The notes under the pieces were generated by a model. The model was given only the letters and a program-made list of their open reading frames with translations. It did not search any database and had not been told where the DNA came from. From contig JBCCWI010000011.1 in NCBI GenBank assembly GCA_039193795.1, forward strand, positions 796-64,795: a stretch of DNA of 64,000 bases, read 5' to 3'. The position numbers and the translations under genes are program-made. This DNA is from Actinomycetota bacterium. GTDB lineage: Bacteria; Actinomycetota; Acidimicrobiia; Acidimicrobiales; Aldehydirespiratoraceae. Positions 24,010 to 32,333 of this stretch are shown piece by piece; position 1 is the first letter of the stretch; each line of letters begins with the position of its first letter.

Positions 24010-26430
24010 ATGCGGCGGCCCCACGTTTGCAGGCCCGCCGCCGTCGGGCCAGCCCACGATCGGTCGCCGGGCGGTGGTGGAGTGCGATACACAGTCGTCG
24101 TGTCGAATCGATCTCGGAGCATCGTGTCGTGGGTCGCGTTCGGGCTGGCGTTCGTGGTGGCCCTGGCCGCTGCGCCGGTGCTGTACGTCTCCACCGTGAT
24201 CGAGGAGGAGGACGCCTTCGTCTCGCTCACCGATGCGGTGATCGACCATCCCGACGTCCGCAGCGCGCTGGCCACCGAGGCGACCAACCTGACCTTCGAC
24301 GTGCTCGAAGCCGATGAGCTCGTCGCCGATCTGCTCCCTGAGCAGACACGGTCGATCGCCGTTCCGCTGACCCGGATCGCTGCCAACCAGGTCACCGATG
24401 CCGCCTTCGTGGTGCTCGACACGCCCGTCGGCGTCGACGCTCGACGCGCCGCGGTCCGCGAGCTCCACCGCCAGTTCCTGGCCGACGACGACTCCCTCGT
24501 CATCGACTTGCGCGCCGTGCTGGTTCGCACCGCTCGCGAGCTCGGTGGGCCGGCGGTCGGCGCCGGAGCCGCCAAGTTGGTCGCCGACACCGAGACCGGA
24601 CGCTTCGTCATCGTCGACGAAGGATCCTCGGAGCAGGATCTGCTCGCTGCGGTCCGTGCCATCCCCGTACTCGGGGTGGCGCTGTTCCTCGTCGCCTTCG
24701 TCCTGTGGGCACTCGGGGTCCTGGTCGCGCCCGATCGCCGGGCCGCGCTCATCCGGGCTGCGGTGCTCAACGCCATCGCGTCCGTCGTCGCGATCGTCAT
24801 CGTGGCGATCGCCCTGTACGGCGTGCTCGGGATGATCGGGGAGGGTTCGCCGTCGGCGTTCGCGGTCGCCGAGGTCGTCACCCAGGACTTCATCCGGCTC
24901 CAGTGGGGGACCATCCTGTCGTCGTTGGCGGTCGCGCTCGCCGCCATGCTCCTCGGTGATCGCGTCGCTGCGGTCGCGCTGCGGCGCCTGCCCGGCGAGC
25001 TCTGGCGGCGCTCGCCCGATCGCTGGCACACGATCGCCGACATCATCGGCGACAACGCCGCCCTGGCACGGATCGTCGTGTGGGCGATGGGCGCGCTCAC
25101 GCTGGTCGGTTGGCGCAACCCGACCGTGCGCGTGGTGCTGACCGTCGTCGTGCTCACCGGCGCCGCCCACGGGGTGATCTGGCTGCTGACCGCGGCCAGC
25201 CCGCTCGCCGCGCGGGCGCGCGCTCGGCTCGGCGCGCCCGGGACCTATGTGGACCCGACGAGTTCACGAGCCCGCCGGCTTCGGCTCAACGCGGCCGGCA
25301 CCGTCGCGGTGATCGCGGTGTTCTGGCCTGCGTGGAGCCGTGACGTGTTCATCACCTTGTTCGTGGCACTGGCCGTCGTGTTCGTGCTGATCGACGTCCG
25401 CACCGCCTGGACGACGGCCCGGGCGGCGGACCGGCTCGCCGTCGCCGATGTGGCCGACGAGGGCTGGTCGCGTCGACGCAGCCTCATGGTCGCGTTCGGC
25501 GTCTCGCTCGCGCTCGTCGTCGTCGGTGCGCTCTTCACCGGCTCCGCCGACGATCGGGTGGCGGCGAGCACCGGCTGCAACGGCGCCGACGAACTGTGTG
25601 ATCGAGCGATCGACGAGATCGTGTTCGCCGGTTCGCACAACGCGATGTCGTCGACCGATCTCGGTTGGCAACTCGCCATGCAGACGGGCGACATCGTGAC
25701 CCAGCTCGACCACGGTGTTCGCGCCCTCCTCATCGACGCCCTCTATTGGCGGGCCGAGGGGGTGGTCGAAGGCGGCGACGACGCGGCCGCCGCTGCGGTG
25801 ATCGAGGCGTCGCTGTCCAACGACGAGCCGCGGGCGGGCACCTGGTTGTGCCACGGATTCTGCGCCCTCGGTGCCACCGACCTCACCGCCGGCCTCGCCG
25901 ACATCTCGCTGTGGCTCGATGCCAACCCGCGCGAAATCCTGCTCATCATCGTGCAGGACGAGATCTCCACGCCGGATCTCGAGGCCGCGTTCGAGGCGAG
26001 CGGGCTCCGAGACCATGTGCACATCCATGAGCCGGGTACGGCCTGGCCCACCCTCGGGGCGCTCATCGACGCCGACGAACGGGTGCTCGTGTGGGGTGAG
26101 AACGGTGGTAGCCCCGACAGCTGGTTCCAGAACGTCTGGGACACCGATTTCACCGAGACGCCCTTCGCCTTCGGCCTGCGCAGCGACTTCTCCTGCGCTC
26201 CGAATCGAGGCGACGACGCGAACGATCTCTTCCTCATCAATCATTGGCTCACCAACGGCATCCCGGTGCGGGAGATCGCGTCGTCGGTCAACAGCCGTGA
26301 GGCCCTGCTCGAACGCGTCGCGGATTGTGAGGCGGAGCGCGGGCGTCGGCCCACGATCCTCGCCGTGGACTTCGTCGAGACCGGCGATCTCGTCGCGACC
26401 GTCGCCGAGCTGAACGAGGTGGACGGTTGA
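24010..26430 (+). CDS. Polytopic membrane protein with a C-terminal PLC-like phosphodiesterase (PI-PLC X-domain-like) domain
   Basis: 806-aa ORF; the start is uncertain. Several TM segments. C-terminal domain: CDRAIDEIVFAGSHNAMSS...LDHGVRALLIDALYW...WLCHGFC...LLIIVQDE...FLINHW. Confidence 0.55.
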   Translation: MRRPHVCRPAAVGPAHDRSPGGGGVRYTVVVSNRSRSIVSWVAFGLAFVVALAAAPVLYVSTVIEEEDAFVSLTDAVIDHPDVRSALATEATNLTFDVLEADELVADLLPEQTRSIAVPLTRIAANQVTDAAFVVLDTPVGVDARRAAVRELHRQFLADDDSLVIDLRAVLVRTARELGGPAVGAGAAKLVADTETGRFVIVDEGSSEQDLLAAVRAIPVLGVALFLVAFVLWALGVLVAPDRRAALIRAAVLNAIASVVAIVIVAIALYGVLGMIGEGSPSAFAVAEVVTQDFIRLQWGTILSSLAVALAAMLLGDRVAAVALRRLPGELWRRSPDRWHTIADIIGDNAALARIVVWAMGALTLVGWRNPTVRVVLTVVVLTGAAHGVIWLLTAASPLAARARARLGAPGTYVDPTSSRARRLRLNAAGTVAVIAVFWPAWSRDVFITLFVALAVVFVLIDVRTAWTTARAADRLAVADVADEGWSRRRSLMVAFGVSLALVVVGALFTGSADDRVAASTGCNGADELCDRAIDEIVFAGSHNAMSSTDLGWQLAMQTGDIVTQLDHGVRALLIDALYWRAEGVVEGGDDAAAAAVIEASLSNDEPRAGTWLCHGFCALGATDLTAGLADISLWLDANPREILLIIVQDEISTPDLEAAFEASGLRDHVHIHEPGTAWPTLGALIDADERVLVWGENGGSPDSWFQNVWDTDFTETPFAFGLRSDFSCAPNRGDDANDLFLINHWLTNGIPVREIASSVNSREALLERVADCEAERGRRPTILAVDFVETGDLVATVAELNEVDG

Positions 26431-26506
26431 GCCGCAGCCATCCCTGAGAGTCGTGTCTCGCCCCGATACCGTGGCTGCCACGGAGCGCGGCGAAAGGCGG
26501 GCCGGC

Positions 26507-27610
26507 ATGACCACGGGCGTTGAGGTCATCCCCACTCGGACTCTGGGAATCGACGAGATCGAACTCCTCGCGGTCGGCGCGTCGGTCTACGGGTGTGGAA
26601 GCGGCGGTTCGCTGATCGAGGGAAGGATCCTGGCATCGGCGCTGGCCGGTCGCCTCGGGCGCGGTCGGGTGGGGATGGTGCCGCTGGCCGACCTGCCCGA
26701 TGCCGCCCGGGTGGCGGTTCCGTCGACGTTCGCACGACCACGCAGCGTGGCATCGATCGACGCCGCGACCCGAGCCTTCGGCGAGCTGGCCGACCGCACC
26801 GGCGGCCCGTTCGACGCGGTCCTCCCGGCCGATCTCGGTGTGGTGTCGGTGCTCGTCGCCTTCGCCGTCGCCGCCGAACTCGACGTGCCGGTCGTCGACG
26901 CCGGCGGTGCGGTGCGCGCCGCACCCCATCTCGATCAGACCACCTGGGCGGCGGCCGGTGTCGTGCCGGGGACGGCGGTCCTGAGCGACGGCGAGGATCT
27001 CGTCGGCGTCGACAGCGACTCCGTCATCGTCGCCGATCGCTCGGTGCGGGCGCTCGCGACCGGCGACTCCCTCCAGGGCTCGATCGCCGGTGCGACCTGG
27101 GCGATGCGAGGCCCGACCGCCCGCCGCAGCTCGCTGCCGGGCATCGTGACCGCCGCCCTCGAAGCCGGCCAGGCGGTCGACGCGGTGACCGACCAGGGCG
27201 GCGACCCGGTCGCGGAGCTGGTTCGGGTGGTCGACGGCGCGGTGCTCGCCGGACGGGGCCCGATCGCAGCGGTGACGGTCGCGCTCCATGAGCGCACGGA
27301 GCACTTCGAGATCCGGATCGACACCGACGCCGGCCCGATCGACGTGGTGTCCCTCGACGGCCACGTTCAGCTGCGCGTCGACGGCGAGATCGTCGTCGGT
27401 GCGCCCGATCTCATCGCGGTGGTGACCCCCGGCGGGCTCGGGTGCACCCCCCGCGATCTCGCCGCCCCTGCGATGGAGGGTCAGGCGGTCGCGGTGATCG
27501 CCGCACCCCAGCCGGCGATCGACGCGCTGCGGGTCGATCCGACCGCCTTCGCTTCGGCGCACCGGTTCCTCGGCGCCGACGAGGACGCGCCGCCGTTCTC
27601 GCTGTCCTGA
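26507..27610 (+). CDS. DUF917 family protein
   Basis: The ORF is 26453..27610; I prefer the ATG at 26507 (MTTGVEVIP). The pattern LGIDEIELLAVGASVYGCGSGGS is characteristic of DUF917 N-termini. Confidence 0.65.
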   Translation: MTTGVEVIPTRTLGIDEIELLAVGASVYGCGSGGSLIEGRILASALAGRLGRGRVGMVPLADLPDAARVAVPSTFARPRSVASIDAATRAFGELADRTGGPFDAVLPADLGVVSVLVAFAVAAELDVPVVDAGGAVRAAPHLDQTTWAAAGVVPGTAVLSDGEDLVGVDSDSVIVADRSVRALATGDSLQGSIAGATWAMRGPTARRSSLPGIVTAALEAGQAVDAVTDQGGDPVAELVRVVDGAVLAGRGPIAAVTVALHERTEHFEIRIDTDAGPIDVVSLDGHVQLRVDGEIVVGAPDLIAVVTPGGLGCTPRDLAAPAMEGQAVAVIAAPQPAIDALRVDPTAFASAHRFLGADEDAPPFSLS

Positions 27611-27682
27611 CGGGCTCACCGGGCGGGCGGTGGTCGCCGCAACGATCCGCTGACAGGTGGCGGCGGGATCTAGGGTCGGGAC

Positions 27683-28717
27683 ATGTTCGTCCCCCTCACC
27701 ACCGAGCGGTTGCGCGTGCGTCGTGCCGAGCCGACCGACGTCGACGCGTTGGTCGAGCGACGCAACGACCCCGACGTCGCCGAACTCCAATCGTGGGAGA
27801 CCCCGTTCGCCGCCGCGGAGGCGGAGCGGATCGTGGCCGACGCCGGTCGGCACGAGGACCCGCCCCACGATCAGTGGTGGATGTTGACGGTGGAGCGCCT
27901 CGACGACGGCGCGGTCGTGGGCGACCTCGCGCTGCGGCTCGGATGGGCGGGGCGCTCTGCGGAGATCGGCTACACCTTCGCCCGCGAGGCGTGGGGGCAC
28001 GGGTACGCGACCGAAGCGACCGCCGCACTCGTCGACGGGCTGTTCGCTCGCCCGGACCTCACCCGGGTCCACGCCACGCTGCATCCCGACAACCATCGCT
28101 CGGCCCGAGTGCTCGAGAACCTCGGCTTCCGGTTCGAAGGGCGTACGAGGCTGTCGTTCTGGGTGGGCGACGAGAACAGCGACGACGCGCTGTACGGCCT
28201 CACCCGCGACGACCACGCCGATTGGGCGGCTCGCCCGACCGAGGCGCCCGCCGCCGTCGAACTGGTCGAGATCACCGCTGACCTCGCTGGTGCGGTCGAG
28301 CGGCTGGTGACCCACAAGAGCCAGGAACGGTTCGTCTCGCCCAACCTGCATTCGTTCGCCGACGCCCTCCTGCCCGAGGTCGTCGACGGTGCGCCGGTCG
28401 TGCCGTGGTATCGGGCGGTGGAGGCCGACGGCGAACTCGTCGGCTTCGTGATGCTCGCCGAGATCACCGACGCGCATCCCGAGCCGTATCTGTGGCGGTT
28501 GATGATCGACCGTCGTCACCAACGGCGACGGATCGGTGACCGGGTGCTCGATCTCGTGATCGACCAGTGCCGGACTTGGGGCGCGTCGGCCCTCGTCGTG
28601 TCCTGGGAGGAGGGCGTCGGCGGCCCGCGCCCGTTCTACGAACGCCGGGGGTTCGTGCCGACCGGACGCATCATCGAGGGCGAGACCGAGGCGCGGCTCG
28701 TGTTCGACGGTTCGTGA
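27683..28717 (+). CDS. Tandem GNAT N-acetyltransferase (two acetyltransferase domains)
   Basis: 344 aa. First domain is RimJ/RimL-like (LTTERLRVRRAEPTDVDAL...GYTFAREAWGHGYATEA...NHRSARVLENLGFRFEG). Second domain has RRHQRRRIGDRVLDLVI...PFYERRGFVPTG. Confidence 0.8.
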   Translation: MFVPLTTERLRVRRAEPTDVDALVERRNDPDVAELQSWETPFAAAEAERIVADAGRHEDPPHDQWWMLTVERLDDGAVVGDLALRLGWAGRSAEIGYTFAREAWGHGYATEATAALVDGLFARPDLTRVHATLHPDNHRSARVLENLGFRFEGRTRLSFWVGDENSDDALYGLTRDDHADWAARPTEAPAAVELVEITADLAGAVERLVTHKSQERFVSPNLHSFADALLPEVVDGAPVVPWYRAVEADGELVGFVMLAEITDAHPEPYLWRLMIDRRHQRRRIGDRVLDLVIDQCRTWGASALVVSWEEGVGGPRPFYERRGFVPTGRIIEGETEARLVFDGS

Positions 28718-29889
28718 CCGCCACCGCCGCGCCCACCGACACCCGCGCCATCGTCGCCACCTCGGTGGTGGCGACGATCGGCTGTGTCTACCCCGGGTTC
28801 TTGATCGGTGCGATCTCGGTGCAGGTTATCGACGAGTTCGGCGTCAGCGCCGGCCGCTACGGCTGGGCGATGGGCACCTACTTCCTGGCCGCGACGTTCG
28901 CCTCCGTCCTCGGCGGCCGGCTCGTGCAACGCATCGGGCCTCGCCGGCAACTGATCGGCTGTCTGCTGACGACGATCGTGGCCCAGTCCCTGATCGCGTC
29001 GATCGGCGACTCGTTCGGTGTCGTCGTGGCGTTGCTGGCGGTCTGTGGCGTCGTGAACGCCGCCAACCAGACCGCGGTCAACCTCGCGCTCACCCGGGCC
29101 CGGCTGCCACGACTCGGCCTCGCGATCGCCATCAAGCAGTCCGGCATGCCGTCGGCGGCGATGATCAGCGGCGCGACCGTGCCGCTGCTCGCACTGACGC
29201 TCGGCTGGCGGTCGGCGTTCGTCCTCGGCGTCGGTATCGCCGTCGTCGGCCTGCTCATGGTCGTGCGGTTCATCGAGCCGGGTGGTGTCGACGTGCTGCG
29301 GTCGGCCAAGCCGGTGTCGTCCAACCGGGCCCTCTACTGGTCGTTGATCGGTGGATCGTTCCTCTCGTTCTCCGCCGGTGGACTCACGTCGTGGCTGGTC
29401 GCCTCCGGCGTCGACGCAGGCCTCGGCGAAGGGACCGCGGGCTGGCTGCTCAGCCTCGGTGCCGCGTTCGGCATCTCCGCCCGGCTCTTCTGGGGCGTGC
29501 GGAACGACGCGATGAAGGCGAGCCCGTACTCGATGGCGGCGCTGATGGCGGCGATCGGCGCGATCGGCATGCTCGGGCTGGCTCCCCGGATCGAGGCGTT
29601 GCATGTCGCCGCCACGTTCCTCGCATTCGGTGCCGGGTGGTCGTGGCCGGTGTTCACCAACTTCGGGATCATGCGGGCCAACGGCGATGCGGCCGGAGCA
29701 GCGTCGGGGGTGACCCAGATGGGCATCTACCTCGGCGTGTTCGCTGGTCCGCTCGTCACCGGGTGGACCATCGACGAGTACGGCTACCCGATGATGTGGT
29801 CCCTCGTCGCCGTCTGCATGCTGATCGGCGCAGGCCTGACCTACTGGATCCGGGAGGAGTTCTCGGTCGGCGCGGGCGTGGGCGCGTAG
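28714..29889 (+). CDS. MFS transporter
   Basis: GTG start (VTATAAPTD) overlaps the GNAT stop (GTGA). About 12 hydrophobic segments. The upstream part of ORF 28567.. is out-of-frame GNAT sequence. Confidence 0.75.
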   Translation: MTATAAPTDTRAIVATSVVATIGCVYPGFLIGAISVQVIDEFGVSAGRYGWAMGTYFLAATFASVLGGRLVQRIGPRRQLIGCLLTTIVAQSLIASIGDSFGVVVALLAVCGVVNAANQTAVNLALTRARLPRLGLAIAIKQSGMPSAAMISGATVPLLALTLGWRSAFVLGVGIAVVGLLMVVRFIEPGGVDVLRSAKPVSSNRALYWSLIGGSFLSFSAGGLTSWLVASGVDAGLGEGTAGWLLSLGAAFGISARLFWGVRNDAMKASPYSMAALMAAIGAIGMLGLAPRIEALHVAATFLAFGAGWSWPVFTNFGIMRANGDAAGAASGVTQMGIYLGVFAGPLVTGWTIDEYGYPMMWSLVAVCMLIGAGLTYWIREEFSVGAGVGA

Positions 29890-30854
29890 GCGGTGTAGCG
29901 GCGAGCCAACTGGCGCTGCAGGTCTTGGCTGGCGACCGAGTCCCCGGCCAGCGTCTCGGGGCGGTCGCCGGTGGCGAGATCGGCACCCAGCCGCTCGATC
30001 GCCTCGTCGATGGTGAGGCCGATCCCGGCATCGGCATCGGCCCGTTCGGTGTCGTCGCGGTAGACCTTGGCCTTCCACGACAGCGAGAGTCGGACGGCCT
30101 CGTCGGGGTGGGTGGCCAGCACCGCACCGCCGTCGATGATGTGCCAGTCGACGCCATCGCAGACCAGTTCGCTCCCGAGGGTCATGCCGGCGGGCTTGAC
30201 CGAGCCGCGCGGGCCGACCCGCTGCACCTCGTGGGGCATGAAGTCGTTGTCGCCGACGATCGCGGTGTTCCACGTGTCGTCGTGGAGGAACGACGGCCCG
30301 CCCATGCCCTCGGGCCAGTAGCGGAAGCCGCCGGCCTCGCCTCGGTAGAACCAGGCGACCGCGGTGACGATGTGGATCCGTTCGGCCTCGAAGCAGCGGC
30401 TCATCCCCATCGCGGTCAAGAGCCAGGCGGGCGCATTGCGGCGATCGACCCCGCGGAACTCGGGGATGTCGGTGTGGCTGAACCCCTGCCGCCCGATCGG
30501 GGTCGTGAGGTTGACGTAGACCTGCTCTGGAACGATGACGTCCCAGCCGTACATCGAGCGGGCTGCGTCGGTGAAGCCGCGGTGGTGGAGGAGCGCGTCC
30601 GCCCCGTCGACCAACGGCTCGCCGAAGGCCCACTGGCCGCGAAAGGTCGGGCCGACCATGGCGTCGGCGAAGTCGGTCGCGTCGTCGTCGCCGTCGTTGG
30701 CGGCCACTTCGGTGGCCGACTTCGAGGAGGCGATGGTTCGGCCCGGCTGCCAGTACGGGCCGTGCTCGCGTGCCATCCGCCGGATCGACTCCGGATCGTC
30801 GACGACCGTGTCGACGGTGATCGGAGCCTTCGGAGGACGCACGGTGGTGGCCAT
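29841..30854 (-). CDS. Hypothetical protein (337 aa), no family recognised
   Basis: C-terminal 337 aa of ORF 29841..31886, starting MATTVRPPKAPITVDTVVDD (ATG at 30852..30854). Non-repetitive, globular-looking composition. Lies co-directionally downstream of coaA. Confidence 0.5.
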   Translation of the reverse strand: MATTVRPPKAPITVDTVVDDPESIRRMAREHGPYWQPGRTIASSKSATEVAANDGDDDATDFADAMVGPTFRGQWAFGEPLVDGADALLHHRGFTDAARSMYGWDVIVPEQVYVNLTTPIGRQGFSHTDIPEFRGVDRRNAPAWLLTAMGMSRCFEAERIHIVTAVAWFYRGEAGGFRYWPEGMGGPSFLHDDTWNTAIVGDNDFMPHEVQRVGPRGSVKPAGMTLGSELVCDGVDWHIIDGGAVLATHPDEAVRLSLSWKAKVYRDDTERADADAGIGLTIDEAIERLGADLATGDRPETLAGDSVASQDLQRQLARRYTAYAPTPAPTENSSRIQ

Positions 30855-30913
30855 GACGCCGACGCTACCGGCCGACTCGATCGCGTTGAAGTCCGTGGGG
30901 GCTCGCCGGGGTA

Positions 30914-31840
30914 TCAGAGCCGTCGCAGGCGGACCCGGCTCACCCGGTGGTCGGCCGCCTTCGTGAGGATCAGGCTCGCCCTCTCGCGGGTGGGCGCGAT
31001 GTTCTCGACGAGGTTCTTGCCGTTGATCGAGGCCCAGATCCCGCGTGCGACCTGCTCGGCCTCGTCGTCGCTCAGCCCGGCGAAGTTCGAGAAGTAGCTG
31101 TCGGGGTTCTGGAACACCGACTCTCGGAACGCGAAGAAGCGTTCGACGTACCACCGCTCGATGTCGGTCTCGTCGGCGTCGACATAGATCGAGAAGTCGA
31201 AGTGGTCGCTGACGAACTCGACGCCGTCGCCGCCCACCTGCAACACGTTGAGCCCTTCGACGATCACGATGTCGGGTTGGCGCACGACGACGCGCTCGTC
31301 GGGTCTGATGTCGTAGGTGATGTGGTCGTAGACCGGTGCGGCGACCTCGGGCTCGCCGCTCTTCACACCGCGGAGGAAGGCGACGAGCGCCCGGGTGTCG
31401 TAGCTCTCCGGGAACCCCTTGCGATCCATGATCCCGCGGTCGAGGAGTTCCGCGTTGGGGTACAGGAAGCCGTCGGTGGTGATCAGGTCGACCTGGGGAT
31501 GGTCGGGCCACCGTGACAGCAGGGCTTGGAGGATGCGGGCGAAGGTCGACTTTCCCACCGCGACCGAACCGGCCACACCGATGACGTACGGCACCTTGGG
31601 GGTCATCGAGCCGAGGAACGTCGACGACACCCGTTGGAGGTTCTGTACGGCGGATACGTAGAGGTTGAGCAGTCGGCTCAGCGGGAGATACACCGCCGCG
31701 ACCTCGTCGAGATCGATCTGCTCGTTGATGCCCTGGAGCTGGGCGAGGTCGTCCTCCCGCAAGGTCATCGGGGTCGCGGCGCGCAACGCAGCCCAGTCGT
31801 CGCGTGAGAACGTCAGGTACCGATCCGACACGCCCGTCAC
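30914..31840 (-). CDS. coaA: Type I pantothenate kinase
   Basis: 308 aa. P-loop [26 protein letters not shown]. Also [29 protein letters not shown] and [11 protein letters not shown]. Collinear with E. coli CoaA as I recall it. Confidence 0.9.
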   Translation of the reverse strand: MTGVSDRYLTFSRDDWAALRAATPMTLREDDLAQLQGINEQIDLDEVAAVYLPLSRLLNLYVSAVQNLQRVSSTFLGSMTPKVPYVIGVAGSVAVGKSTFARILQALLSRWPDHPQVDLITTDGFLYPNAELLDRGIMDRKGFPESYDTRALVAFLRGVKSGEPEVAAPVYDHITYDIRPDERVVVRQPDIVIVEGLNVLQVGGDGVEFVSDHFDFSIYVDADETDIERWYVERFFAFRESVFQNPDSYFSNFAGLSDDEAEQVARGIWASINGKNLVENIAPTRERASLILTKAADHRVSRVRLRRL

Positions 31841-31855
31841 CGTAGGCTGCGCGCC

Positions 31856-32266
31856 ATGACCGAGCTGCGCTACCTGGAACAGACACCGGCGATCGGGGAG
31901 TTCCGCGCCCTACGCGAGCGGGCCGGCCTGAGCTCGAAGACGCAGGAGGCGGCGGCCGCCGGTCTGCCGAACACGCTCCACGCCGTGTGTGTTCGCGACG
32001 GCGACCGTCTCGTCGGGATGGGCCGGGTCGTCGGCGACGGCGGCCTCAACTTCGAGATCGTCGACATGGCGGTCGATCCCGACCACCAACGACAGGGGAT
32101 CGGCTACCGGGTCATGGAGCTGCTCATGGCATACGTGCATCGCACGGCAGCACCCTCGGCGTACGTGAGCCTGATCGCCGACGACGGGGCACCGGCGCTC
32201 TACGCCAAGTTCGGGTTCGCACCGACGGCACCGGCGTCGATCGGCATGTCGGTGACGATCGATTGA
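31856..32266 (+). CDS. GNAT family N-acetyltransferase
   Basis: 136 aa. [27 protein letters not shown] and ALYAKFGF. Confidence 0.8.
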   Translation: MTELRYLEQTPAIGEFRALRERAGLSSKTQEAAAAGLPNTLHAVCVRDGDRLVGMGRVVGDGGLNFEIVDMAVDPDHQRQGIGYRVMELLMAYVHRTAAPSAYVSLIADDGAPALYAKFGFAPTAPASIGMSVTID

Positions 32267-32270
32267 CCGT

Positions 32271-32313
32271 GGCGGGCACCGCGGCCGACGGCCCGCCGGC
32301 CGCGGTGCCCGCC
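32271..32313 (+). terminator. Strong hairpin after the GNAT gene (terminator-like, no U-tract)
   Basis: Perfect 17-bp stem GGCGGGCACCGCGGCCG (32271..32287) / CGGCCGCGGTGCCCGCC (32297..32313) with a 9-nt loop. Confidence 0.55.
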
Positions 32314-32333
32314 ATCATCTCGCCGTAGGATCC

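Noticed and set aside
30855-31886. Upstream part of the 681-aa ORF 29841..31886
   Set aside because: It is an out-of-frame shadow of the coaA gene on the same strand, with Arg/Pro-rich junk composition. Only the last 337 aa, from MATTVRPP onward, look like protein.
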